A stretch of DNA of 64,000 nucleotides from Octopus bimaculoides (taxonomy: Eukaryota), in assembly GCF_001194135.2 (NCBI RefSeq), contig NC_068983.1, positions 157,434,471 through 157,498,470 of the forward strand, in the 5' to 3' direction. A program made the translations under genes and the position numbers. The notes beneath the pieces were generated by a model. That model was given only the letters and a program-made list of their open reading frames with translations, made no database searches and had not been told where the DNA came from. Positions within the stretch are counted from its first letter, which is position 1. Every line of letters begins with the position of its first letter. Positions 51,670 through 63,064 of this stretch are shown here, piece by piece.

Positions 51670-54600
51670 ACGCATAGTAACTGAGGTGGAACTGGAAAGA
51701 GATGTAAATATGGTGGTGATGGGATGTCAGAGCAGTGCTCAAAGTGAAAGGTGAATAGAAGAGAAAATAGGGACAGAAGATATGAAAAGGTGTGTGGGTA
51801 AAGGTAGTAAGAATGTGAAAGGAGAGTGAGAAATGGTTCGAGATAGGGGTGAATGGTGAACAAGGACGGAGGGATGGTTAATAGTAAATGTGAATTGGAG
51901 GAAAACGATAGGAATGATGAGTAGCCGTCAACAGAAATTGGTCAGGGGAGAGGAGGTAACGAGTGGCAGTATAGGAAGGGCGAAGAGCAACAGAAATAAT
52001 AATAGGAATAGAATGTGAATAGAATAGGATGAGAGATAAATAGATGATGGGTGGAGTGGGTGTTTAAGGTTGCAATAGTTTGAGAGATGTACAGTAATCC
52101 CTCACCACACCGCAGTTTATTATTTAAGCTTACACCAATTCCTCTGTGGTATTGTTTTGCATTTATAATAAAATATATATATATACAAATTATAAAAAAA
52201 AACAAAAAAAACATAGTATAGTACTGTTTCTACTTCAAGGATTTTCACCTATTGCAGTAGGGGTTTGGAATGTAACACCTGTGATTGTCGAGGGATTACT
52301 GTATAGTGATAAAAGGTGATGGAGGTCACAGTGAATATAGAGGGTGCTAACAAAAGGGGGGGGGGTCGATGGCAGATATGACATGGGACGTTAACTATGT
52401 GGCATGGGATGGATGTAGTTCAGGAGAGAGGGGGTTATGTAATGACATGATTTTCTCTGGACTGTCTGTTCCTTCCTCCTTTTCCTTCTTGATGAACTTT
52501 TTCCTCTTCCTGACTCAAAACTTTGTTTCCACTCCTATTTTTCCATCTAAAGCTTTCACTGTTTTTCCTGTGTGTTTTTTTTTAAATTTTTGAATTGCAT
52601 ATATCATCATCATCATTTACTGGTTTCTACAGCTGGATACCATTCCTCATGCCAACTACTTCACAGAGTGTACTGGGTACATTTACGCAGCACTGGCATG
52701 GGTGCATTACACACACACACCTGTGTATGTGAAATATTAAAAAAATTACACACACACACACATAACAAGCCAGACAACAGAGGCACTGGTATCACATTTA
52801 TTGCTTGGTTACAGCTATAGACATCCTATGTATCAAATAAATCATTTAGAAGTTGGAAAACAAGAATATAAATAATGATTACGTAATATTGATTATACAA
52901 TGTAAAACCCATAGTCATTTCATCAGGACCAAATGAATAAACTAAAGAGAAAAGATTGGTGAGAGGGGTCATATTCTGGTACAAGGAGGTTCTACTTGAC
53001 ATGCAAACAAAAAAGTGTAAAGGTGACAGTTTGTGTATATCAACTGATAAGATCATATTTTAAGTTGGACTGTTGAGAAAGTTATCTGGTAAAAGAGTAT
53101 TAAATCTGTGTATTGTAGAGTGTCAAGTGGAGATAGAGAGAGGGAGAGAGGCACGGAGAGGGAGAGAGGCGCGGAGAGGGAGAGAGAGGCGCGGAGCGAG
53201 AGAGAGAGGCGCGGAGATGCTTGGCATGCTAACACTTCTGCCAGTTCGCCGCCTTAGAGTATAAACATTCATTTAAAAAATATATTCTTTATTCTTATTG
53301 CTTAAGTGTTACTTCGTTACTGACATTAAATTTTGTAATATTTTCCCTCATAACTGTTTTTCTACTAATTTTTGTTTAATGCGACTAACGATTTTGAATT
53401 CCTAATGCATTTTTCTATCATTTAAGCCTAAGAAAAGTATACTTTTAATTTTAAAAATTTATGTTAATTAAAAATGAATATCTGCCTTACTGCCCCACCC
53501 CCTTGAGGTCGCAGATATTTTGATGTAACTTTTTTTCTACTGAACCAAATCTCAAACTATTTATGCCAAAGTGTAGCTGAGGAAGTGTTCTCTTTAAAAC
53601 TATTAACAGTTTGCAATTTAGTTGAGAACTGAATTAGTGGTGAAGCTTGGAAGCTGCTGCATTTGACAAAATGGTGGACTTAAGACTATATTCAACCACA
53701 GTGGTTGAATGGTATTATCATCGTTTAACGTCTGCCTTCCATGCTGTTACAAACCATCCCATGCTGGCATGGGATGGTTTGGCAGGAGCTGGCCAAGCAG
53801 AAGCCTGCACCAGGCTTCTGTGACTGGTTTGGCAGGAATTTTACAGCTGGATGCCCTTCCTAACACCAACCACTCAGCAGAGAGGGCTCAGAGTTTTTTT
53901 ATGTGGCACAAGCAAGGTCAGTTTTAAAGTTTTTACAGTTAGATGCCCTTCCAAATGCCAACCACTTTACAATGTAGAGTAGATGCTTTTTAAGTGGCAT
54001 CTGCACTGACAGGGTCACCAAGTACCTGCAAGGGGGGTAAAAAAAAATGTTTTGAGAGGGAAGGGAGTATTGGAGGAGGTAATCTTGTGTTAGCTGATGA
54101 AGGTTATAGCGAGACAGAAACAGGTATCTTGCTGTAGAGCTACAAGGTTACCCAGCTGGAGAGAGAAAGAGAGAGAGAGAGATCAGGAATGAAGACAGAA
54201 GCAGGTGTGCTGCCACAAAGAAGATGCATGGTTGCCTAACCTGAAGGAAGTGCAAGAGAAAGAGAGAGTGGGAGACCACAGAATGGAGATGGTAGCAAAG
54301 TGCTGGGTATACTCACAAGGGGCAGGGATCAGAATATAAATGACATGATTGATTAAAGGAAGAGAGAGAGATAAATGGTAGCTAGTGCCAGGGTATACCT
54401 TTGAGGTTCGAATTTCATAATGTAAGTGGCAGAATATTGTGAAAGAAGTGTGATTAGTGTGTGTGTGGGGCCCAAAACCTGAGTATATATAGTGGGGAGG
54501 TTACCAGATAGCAATGATACAAAGAAACAGGGCTGTGAGGACAGGATTGGGGTTTGAGAAGTAGGCATAGTGTATGAAGGAGGAAATTTGAGGAAGCGAA

Positions 54601-55088
54601 GAAATGTAGTTTGATTTGTTGGGGTAGGGTGTGTGAAAAGTCTTCTTGTTACATGTGGGTGGAACACAGGTCAGTGTGTGTGTGTGTGTGGGGGGGGGGT
54701 AGGAGGTAGCAACGATACAGCGAGACAGGGCATGTGGGTGGAACACACAGGTTGGGCTAGAGAGAAATAATTCGATAAGACAGGGCCAAGAGAACAGAAT
54801 TGGGGAGTGGGTGGCAAGCATAGTGCATGAAGAGAAAATGCAAGAAGAGATGTAGTTTGGTTTGTTGTGGTAGGGTATGTGAGAAGTTTTCTTGTTAAAT
54901 GTGGGTGGGACACAGCATTTCTAGAACACACACACACACAAGGGGTGAGGATCTGTGTATGCAATACATGCACTGCATACCTTACTATTTTCCACAATAA
55001 ATAATTTCTGTGTAATATATAATTGATTATTGATAATTCTCATAAAATTCATTGCAGTCATATTTACTTTTATTTCGCTTTCCTTCAT
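38979..55088 (-). CDS. ADA: Adenosine deaminase (ADA1-type, no signal peptide), complete, 9 coding exons, 336 aa
   Basis: Exons in transcript order: 55088-55068 (MKESEIK), 50040-49979 (VELHVHLDGAIRPETLFETA), 46873-46751, 46515-46292 (YAEVRFAPH...ILCCMR), 43245-43127 (GVVGIDVAG), 42574-42503 (GIHRTAHAGE), 41163-40994 (DRVGHGYH), 40823-40697 (FSLNTDDP), 39071-38979 (IFNAARSSFLP...GDY*). Total 1011 nt, all GT-AG, phases consistent. The HxH, HAGE, GHG and DD motifs are intact. The 21-nt first coding exon is less certain than the others. Confidence 0.95.
39170..40180 (-). mobile_element. RTE-like LINE 3' fragment with internal tandem expansion, in the last ADA intron
   Basis: KGRLYDACVQTDMLHSSET...REKLDMRSIRCGVQER plus 3' UTR carrying 4-5 tandem ~55-60-bp units. 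Confidence 0.8.
44648..44862. mobile_element. piggyBac-type MITE, same family as 50358-50573
   Basis: TTAA-flanked, ends CTTTTTAGCATT...AATGCTAAAGGA; internal sequence clearly related to the 50.4 kb copy. Confidence 0.7.
46031..46193 (-). repeat. Young LINE/SINE 3'-tail insertion just downstream of ADA coding exon 4
   Basis: (TCA)n tail plus body; I see one mismatch against the 25.3 kb copy over ~145 bp. Confidence 0.85.
47146..47925 (-). mobile_element. maT (DD37D) Tc1/mariner deletion derivative in an ADA intron
   Basis: TA|CAGGGTAGTCAGGCTAAATTTGAC terminus, transposase C-terminus ...GGYFE*, RPYVWQQD motif; homologous to 60700-61579. The other TIR was not seen. Confidence 0.75.
48080..48540 (-). 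mobile_element. LINE reverse-transcriptase core remnant
   Basis: ELLSAHDLVF (degenerate LLYADDLV) ... DLEVNLAKTKVL. Confidence 0.7.
50358..50573. mobile_element. piggyBac-type MITE (216 bp) in an ADA intron
   Basis: TTAA|CCCTTTAGCATTCAAA...TTTGAATGCTAAAGAG|TTAA. Related copies at ~44648-44862 and a partial inverted copy at ~15735-15850. Confidence 0.8.
51257..51669. repeat. Compound microsatellite (AG/AGAT)n...(GT)n around a gap
   Basis: Read directly from the sequence. Confidence 0.95.
52092..52301. mobile_element. Tigger-type MITE (210 bp)
   Basis: TA|CAGTAATCCCTC...GAGGGATTACTG|TA. Confidence 0.8.
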
Positions 55089-55113
55089 TTCTTAGTATGA
55101 AGTGGTCAACAAC
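55068..55113 (-). other. ADA: ADA start-codon exon (25 nt UTR + 21 nt CDS), an internal exon
   Basis: Minus strand reads ttctttcttctccctag|GTTGTTGACCACTTCATACTAAGAA ATG AAG GAA AGC GAA ATA AAA|gtaaat. Phase 0 ending in Lys, as needed to join VELHVH. Confidence 0.75.
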
Positions 55114-55137
55114 CTAGGGAGAAGAAAGAAAATTTTT

Positions 55138-55733
55138 GGATCTATTTCAAAACGGGGGCACCAGTATTTTCTTAACGAAACACTTTGAAACTTGGGACAC
55201 TGGTAGAATGTGTCATATAAAACATCTTTTACTCTTAGTCTTCTTAACAAAAAAACGTACACCGCAAGTTATTCCATGTTAAAGTTGTCGTATTTCTGTA
55301 ATTTCAACCAATCACTGACGTCTATTCAGCTGAATAGAGTTACTGCTGGGCGGTCATAAAAATGTTATTCCCTGTGACATATTTCATCCGGTTTAATCAT
55401 AATTTATACGCATATGTTGTTTATATAATAAATTACGCTGTGCGTATCTGTGTGTGTAACAATTTTAGAGTTCGGATTCTAGAGTTAGGGTTAGGGGATT
55501 AATACGATATACACCATTACAGCGCTAACTGTTTTCAACTGAATAGGCATCAGTGATTAGTAGAAATTATCGAAATAAGACAATTTTTTACATGAAATAA
55601 ATTCGAATACAAAATTTTTTTTCTGTTCTATAACACAAAATAGATAAGTATACGAAGTTTGAAAGTCTTTCGGTACCAAAAATACTACATAAAACATAAA
55701 TGAAAACTGGTGACCCCGTTTTGAAATAGATCC
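55138..55733. mobile_element. 596-bp MITE with GG-starting TIRs and 8-bp TSD (Merlin-like)
   Basis: GGATCTATTTCAAAACGGGGGCACCAG...CTGGTGACCCCGTTTTGAAATAGATCC; TSD AAATTTTT (55130-55137, 55734-55741); long imperfect subterminal inverted repeats. Superfamily assignment is inference. Confidence 0.85.
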
Positions 55734-56754
55734 AAATTTTTTACTGCTTGCTTTCAGTCATAATAAGAGCAGCGATGTTATTTTCTTTGTATTCTATTAT
55801 TTTCAAAAAGTGAAACAAGAAACTAGTGAGTAATCAAGAAAGAGAAAGCAGATATTTTACTGCTTGCCTTCCAGTCATGTTAAGACAGCAGACATACTCT
55901 CTTTATTCCTTTACTCTTTTATTTGTTTCAGTCATTTGACTGCGGCCATGCTGGAGCACTGCCTTTAGTCGAGCAAATTGACCCCAGGACTTTGGATGCC
56001 TAGTACTTATTCTATCGGTCTCTTTTGCCGAACCTCTAAGTTACAGGGACCTAAACACACCACCATCGGTTGTCAAGCGATGTTGGGGGGACACAGACAC
56101 AAACATATACACACACATACATATATCTATATATCTATATATATATACACACACACATATATGACATGCTTCTTTCAGTTTCCATCTACCAAATCCACTC
56201 ACAAGGCTTNNNNNNNNNNNNNNNNNNNNNNNNNNNNNNNNNNNNNNNNNNNNNNNNNNNNNNNNNNNNNNNNNNNNNNNNNNNNNNNNNNNNNNNNNNN
56301 NNNNNNNNNNNNNNNNNNNNNNNNNNNNNNNNNNNNNNNNNNNNNNNNNNNNNNNNNNNNNNNNNNNNNNNNNNNNNNNNNNNNNNNNNNNNNNNNNNNN
56401 NNNNNNNNNNNNNNNNNNNNNNNNNNNNNNNNNNNNNNNNNNNNNNNNNNNNNNNNNNNNNNNNNNNNNNNNNNNNNNNNNNNNNNNNNNNNNNNNNNNN
56501 NNNNNNNNNNNNNNNNNNNNNNNNNNNNNNNNNNNNNNNNNNNNNNNNNNNNNNNNNNNNNNNNNNNNNNNNNNNNNNNNNNNNNNNNNNNNNNNNNNNN
56601 NNNNNNNNNNNNNNNNNNNNNNNNNNNNNNNNNCAGAAGAGATATGTTTTGTTGTTGGCACTCCATCGCTTACGACAACGAGGGTTCCAGTTGATCCGAT
56701 CAATGGAACAACCTGCTCGTGAAATTAACGTGCAAGTGGCTGAGCACCCTAGCA

Positions 56755-57245
56755 GTTGAGGGAACCTGTGGAAGAGGTAGGCCCAGGAAGACCTGGGATG
56801 AGGTGGTGAAGCACGACCTTCAAACATTAGGCCTCACCAAACAATGACTAGTGACCAGGACCTTTGGAAATATGCTGTACGTGAGAAGACCCGGCAAACC
56901 AAGTGAGACCATAACCCGTGGCCTTTGCCAGGGGTGTAGCAAGTCCACTTATGCGTACCTTTCCGTCATCGGACACTAAACTCTGCTTGCGAAGACCTGT
57001 TGAGGCAAGTGAAATCGAACCAAATCTGATGACTGGAACCTGTGTCAGAGGAGCGCTAACAGTACCATCAGAGCATGATCATTGCTAGAGCAGCTGTCTG
57101 GCTTCCATGCCGGTGGTACGTAAAAAGCACCATTTGAGTGTGATCGTTACCAGCGTCGCTTTACTGGTACTTGTGCCAGTGGCATGTGAAACAAAATATG
57201 AGTGAGATCGTTGGCAGCGCTGCTGGATTGACTCCTGTGCAGGTN
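56755..57245 (+). mobile_element. LINE C-terminus and 3' UTR fragment
   Basis: GTCGRGRPRKTWDEVVKHDLQTLGL...DQDLWKYAVREKTR. Confidence 0.75.
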
Positions 57246-57370
57246 NNNNNNNNNNNNNNNNNNNNNNNNNNNNNNNNNNNNNNNNNNNNNNNNNNNNNNN
57301 NNNNNNNNNNNNNNNNNNNNNNNNGACATGTAAAAAAAAAAAAACACCATTTGAACGTGGCTATACCTTA

Positions 57371-57760
57371 TGTTGTTGGCACTCCGTCGCTTACGCTTAC
57401 GGCGTCGAGGACTTCAGTTGATCCGATCAACAGAACAGCCTGCTCGTGAAATTAACATGCAAGTGGCTGAGCACACCACAGACACGTGTACCCTTAACGT
57501 AGTTCTCGGGAATATTCAGCGTGACACAGTGTGACAAGGCTGACCCTTTGAATTACAGGCACAACAGAAACAGGAAGAAAGAGTGAGAGAAAGTTGTGGT
57601 GAAAGAGTACAGCAGGGTTCGCCACCATCTACTGCCGGATCCTTGTGGAGCTTTGAGGTGTTTTCACTCAATAAACACTCACAACGCCCAGTCTGGGAAT
57701 CGAAACTGCGATCCTATGACCGAGAGTCCTCTGCCCTAACCACTGGGCCATTGCGCCTCC
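57371..57760 (-). mobile_element. tRNA-derived SINE, near full length
   Basis: Minus-strand head GGAGGCGCAATGGCCCAGTGGTTAGGGCAG...GCAGTTTCGATTCCCAGAC with A- and B-box-like motifs; truncated copy at ~56645-56750. Confidence 0.8.
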
Positions 57761-58762
57761 TATACCTTATAAACCTACATAATATATACATTACATACGC
57801 TTGCAAGGGAGTAGCTGGGTTTTCTCAAAGCATCAAGCCACTGCTCCCTCCCCACCTTTATTTTAAATGCATTCATCCTCTGCTCTCACCCAATCCCTTC
57901 CAGCCCCTTTTTCTCCCATTTTTCTTGTTGCTTTCACTGCTCTCTTTTTCTTTTACAATCCTCTCCTCACAACCTCTCTACCAACTTGACTCTCTAATTG
58001 CTTCTCCCCCACTCCACACAGCCTCTCCAGTACCCTCACCATTTTCTATATTTCATGCCAACTTCATGTATCACCTTTTGCTGATATTCACCCTTGTAAC
58101 ATAAGACAGCACTTGATTTCCTTTACACAGCTCACCCCATCACCTTTCCACTCGGTCCCTTTCTCTCCCTCACTAAACCATGACACTACCTTTCTTCTGT
58201 CCCTACCATACTCCTTGCTCCCAACAGTGTCTCCTATGTTACGCTAACTACTCCGTCACAACAAGAAACCTCTCATCTAGCTTGCCAATAATCATCGCCG
58301 TCTTTCTCATTTGTGTGAATTCTTTAGCCTGTCAGTTACAAGGTAGCCTCACTCGTGCTGCACAAAATACATCCAGTATACTGTAAAGTAGGAAAGGCAT
58401 CCGGTCACAAAAACCATGTCAAAACTGGCATTCAAACAAGACAGATCGTGACTCTCCCTCCCCAAGCTTCGACAATTTGCACACTTGCTTGAATCATAGT
58501 CTTTCACTTTTCCGAATAGTTAAGGGCTAAGCCAACACAGTAAATCTATTCCTACACACTATTCTGATGGCTAGTGGACCTATATTTTATGCAGGGTATA
58601 TACATAATTTTCTATCAATGAAATCTGTTATTGAATGTATGCAAGTTTGCTTTTGTTGTATCCATGCAGGCAGCCTGATCTTACACTCAGAAAGAATCGG
58701 GCTGTTATGGGGTATGTTCAGGGTTAGCCGATTAGATGTAAACGAAACCCATGTGCTCTTAC

Positions 58763-58850
58763 TTGACGTTTCTTCACATCAAATCGAAAGATTTGACCCC
58801 GTTTGGGACTAGGTGGATGTTAGCAACAAGAGCTACAAGCTATAAATAAA
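58763..58850 (-). other. Candidate non-coding 5' exon of ADA in a CpG-enriched region
   Basis: Donor CAA|GTAAGA at 58763 on minus. CpG density rises around 58700-59500, and the ATG exon has an acceptor, so an upstream exon is required. The 5' boundary is approximate. Confidence 0.35.
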
Positions 58851-60348
58851 CTCTGCCTGATCGATGCAAATATACACACAAGTTCGACGCTAAAACGCTG
58901 CGCACGCACGCACACACACACAAATACGGGTGTTAAATACATGCATCTGTACGTAGATTGGCATGTATATCTACCTGGTCAAACTGGTTTGTAATTATAT
59001 ACCATGGAATATTTAATTATGTATTATTCTAATTATGTGCCTCGGAACGTTAAATATAATGCATTTTGAAACAATCCGATTGTAGTAATGCAATTAGGAC
59101 ATTATGATATTTTGAAATAATTTAATTATTGTTTTTGAATATGTATTTTATTTTGAAATGTTTTGATTGTAATAAAGTACTTGGGAATTAATGAACTGCA
59201 ATTGTTATTTCTAACATATCTCCTAATTAATTTTTTTATAACTAGATACGAAACTTTATTGGAATATAACACGAATATATATGATACATATAATACACAT
59301 ATATATGATACATATATAATCCAAAACCTGAAGAAAAAATGGAAAAAAAAAAAGGAACAAAGAAACTCGTGCGAAATACTTAGAGTGCGCGCGCGCTTTT
59401 TTAAAATTTGGCACAGTGCGTTTGTTCCCAGAACGTCTTTTACCTCAGGTACAAAAACGAAACTTACGTAACATAGACACAGACTTGATTTTGTTGTGAA
59501 GAAGTTCGTTTCGTCATTACATGGATTTGGGGTCCCATCCCACAGCGTCACATATCAAGCAAATGTCTTCTACAATAGCCCAGGGTCAAACAATATCTTG
59601 TGAGGGAATTCGGTAATGGAGATTGTGAAAAAGTGTGTGTGTGTCACTGCTTCACAAGAGTGATGGTTTGAATTGTTCCCGTAACTTTATGGTTCAGGGA
59701 AAGATACCGATAGAATATGTAACAGACTTAAATACTGGCGTCCCTGCATGGCAACGAGCCAATGAATGAAACGAGTAATGATTAAAAATTGAGACCAAAA
59801 GGACAAAGCATTTATTGCAATGATTGTCGTTTTGGTTGCTTCACGTCTCATGAAAAAATATAACTGTCCCACAGATATCAAGCTTGTTTTAATCTTTTTT
59901 ATACTGACCAAATATTTGTTGTAAATACATCAGTAATGTATTAATGGTTTTAAATTTTGAGAAGAAGGCGCGAGTTGATACCATCGAGACCAATACATGA
60001 CTGGCGCTTTATTTCATCGACCCCAAAGAGATGAAAAGTAAAGTTGACCCCAGTGTAATTTCAGTAAAAAAAGCAGTAAGTCAGGAGAAATCCCACAAAG
60101 TATTTTCCGCCGCTCTAACAGCTCAATGCCAAATACGAATTATATCTGATTAAAAAGAAAAAAATCCGAGCGACTAACAAAATATTTGTAAAGACATTTG
60201 CAAGCAGAACTTTGTGAACAGATGTACTGCTATTTGAGAATTTTACTTGGAACCTGATATTTTCTTTTAACAGAAAATATATCACTCGTTTTGTAACAGA
60301 AGTCAAGGACGTTTGGGAAATGTATTGAGCAACATATTCTGTGTGAGC

Positions 60349-60411
<63 letters not shown>

Positions 60412-60699
60412 GACACATACGCACGCGCGCACATACACACACATGCACCACACGGGCATAATAAAAAGGGCACAATAAAGTGCGACACGCAACCAAAAAT
60501 CTGGCTCAGTCGTGGGTTCTACAGGCCACAACAGTGTAGAACGGCGCGCAGCATTAATCTCGAGATAAGCTAGAGTGCAGAATACGAGCCAACAGAAAAA
60601 TAAGCTGAAAACAAGTGTGATATTCAATGCTTTATAGCACATACATGCATTTCAGCAAAATGCAGAAATAATTACATAGTAGTAGACACATTATACTAT

Positions 60700-61579
60700 C
60701 AGGATATTCGGGCTAAATTTAACACTTTGCATAAAAGGAAAAGAAAACATATCCAAAACTAAAGTATTTCTAAAAAATCGAAAAATATCAAACTAGATTA
60801 TGGATAGGACATAACAGTTTACTCAAAGTAGCCGCCCTCAGCTTCCACCACCGCCTCAAGACGGCTCCGGAACCTGGCACATACATTCCTCACTGAGTCC
60901 TATCAGCTCGGCCTTGGTGTTACAGGCAGAGTTTGATATATTTCTTAACCATGCCCCACAGTAATCCATGCGATTACAATCGGGGGAATGAGAAGGCTAG
61001 AAATTGGTTCTGACGAAGTCATAGAAATTCTCCAACAACCACTTCTGACTCTTTCCGAAGTATAGTAAGGAGTCAAATCTTGCTGCCACACATATGGCCT
61101 ACCAGCAGCAGCCATCTCCATCTAAGGATTGACTGCAGTCTCCAGCAGTAACCCTCTCCAGCTGGGGAACAATCGCAGTGTCCTGCAGCTTCATATAGCC
61201 ATCTCAATTGAGCCTAGGGCCCTGTTAAAAGATATACGGTGGCATAATGTCACCCTCACTGGAGGAACATCCAAAAACCACCACAGTTTGGAGGAGCTTA
61301 ATTTTAATTATGTCCATGTCACATCTTACAACTTTTACAGAGTTCAAAGGACATTGAGCAACAGTCTTGATATCGGTATTTTGATACCCGGCGCGAATTA
61401 TCATAATATAGGTAACTCTTTGCCAATATTCAATTGGCTTCCAATCTTCCATATCAGCTAACTTTTTCTCAACTACAGCTTTAATCTTTATGCTCGCCAC
61501 TCTCCAGTGCAGTTGACAGTTTCATCAATACATCAAGCTGTTCCTAAAAACAATCGTCAAATTTAGCCCGAGCACCCTG
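60700..61579 (-). mobile_element. maT (DD37D) Tc1/mariner deletion derivative, 880 bp, both TIRs
   Basis: TIRs CAGGATATTCGGGCTAAATTTAAC / GTCAAATTTAGCCCGAGCACCCTG|TA. Remnants VVFGCSSSEGDIMPP, GRPYVWQQD, SPDCNRMDY, CARFRSRLEAVVEAEGGYFE*. Spacing between the last two Asp is 37 residues after repairing one frameshift. Confidence 0.85.
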
Positions 61580-62211
61580 TACATTTTTGCCCTGGTGTGC
61601 AAATAACCAATAACCTCGCATATCACATAAAATAGCAAGGAATAGACAAAGCATCAAATGAAAGAAGTCCGAACAATGCCGCCACTGTCAAAACCAAATA
61701 TGTGCAACCAGAGCGGGGAGGGAATAAACTGAAAAGAAAATCCATAAAGAAAAGCAAAAGGGATGGAGGATACAAACCAAACTCCGGATAAGAGAAAAAG
61801 ATGTTTTATATGACACATTCTACCAGTGTTCCAAGTTTCAATGTGTTTCGTTAATGAAAAATGTGGCCCCCGTTTTAAAATAGATCCTACACATCCAATG
61901 CAAAAGACAGAAAAACACATACATACGGGTAAGCACGCACGCACACATATGCATACATGCACTCAATACACGATAGTCTCTCGTAGTCCGAGAAAGACGG
62001 TTCTACAATTTCTAGCTGAACAAGTCACAAATGACTTGTNNNNNNNNNNNNNNNNNNNNNNNNNNNNNNNNNNNNNNNNNNNNNNNNNNNNNNNNNNNNN
62101 NNNNNNNNNNNNNNNNNNNNNNNNNNNNNNNNNNNNNNNNNNNNNNNNNNNNNNNNNNNNNNNNNNNNNNNNNNNNNNNNNNNNNNNNNNNNNNNNNNNN
62201 NNNNNNNNNNN

Positions 62212-62545
62212 AACGATTCTGAAACAATTAACCCTAACCCTAGGGTTAGGGTTAAAGCAAATTTAAAATGAAAAAAGCAAATAAAACGAAGGTATGGAGA
62301 TTAAATACGCTTTACATCGCTTAATCAGCCAAAGGAGTAAATATAAACAACTGAATACTTGTCAGTGATTGGTTGAAATTATCGAAATAAGACAATTTTT
62401 TACATGAAATAAATTCGAATACAAAAATATTTTTCTGTTCTATAACACAAAATAGATAAGTATACGAAGTTTGAAAGTCTTTCCGTACCAAAAACACTAC
62501 GTAAAACATTAATGAAAAATGTGGCCCCCGTTTTAAAATAGATCC
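62212..62545. mobile_element. Right half of a second copy of the 55138-55733 MITE family
   Basis: Shares GAAATTATCGAAATAAGACAATTTTTTACATGAAATAAATTCGAATAC...CCCCGTTTTAAAATAGATCC. The left part falls in the gap. Confidence 0.75.
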
Positions 62546-63064
62546 TACACATCCAATGCAAAAGACAGAAAAACACATACATACGGGTAAGCACGCACGC
62601 ACACATATGCATACATGCACTCAATACACGATAGTCTCTCGTAGTCCGAGAAAGACGGTTCTACAATTTCTAGCTGAACAAGTCACAAATGACTTGTTTA
62701 TAATGATCAGATGTTTGCTTTGTACATTAGCTCACGCTGGTCATCAAATTGACGTTGCCTGAACGGTGTACCGCGCGTCATCTGTCGAAGTGGTCTCAGA
62801 ACAACGCGAGATGAAGTGTTTTGCTCAAGAACACAACACACCACGATCTCGCTAAGTACAACACTAACAACAAAGCCATGCACCCTCAACACACATAACC
62901 AGATACATAAATAAATATACATCCATATAGTGATAAAACAAAAGCAATAGACAGAGTACAAATAAACGTACATGTATAAACACACGCACACATTTTATAT
63001 ATACATATATATATATACATATCCACATCTACGCACAACAGGCACATAAACGTATGCACACTAT

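Noticed and set aside
54090-54130. CTGATGA...GAAAC as a hammerhead ribozyme
   Set aside because: No convincing stem II, and a purine precedes GAAA; at best a decayed motif. A covariance-model search would be needed.
57583-58104. 173-aa ORF
   Set aside because: It starts inside an antisense SINE and continues in pyrimidine-rich low-complexity sequence.
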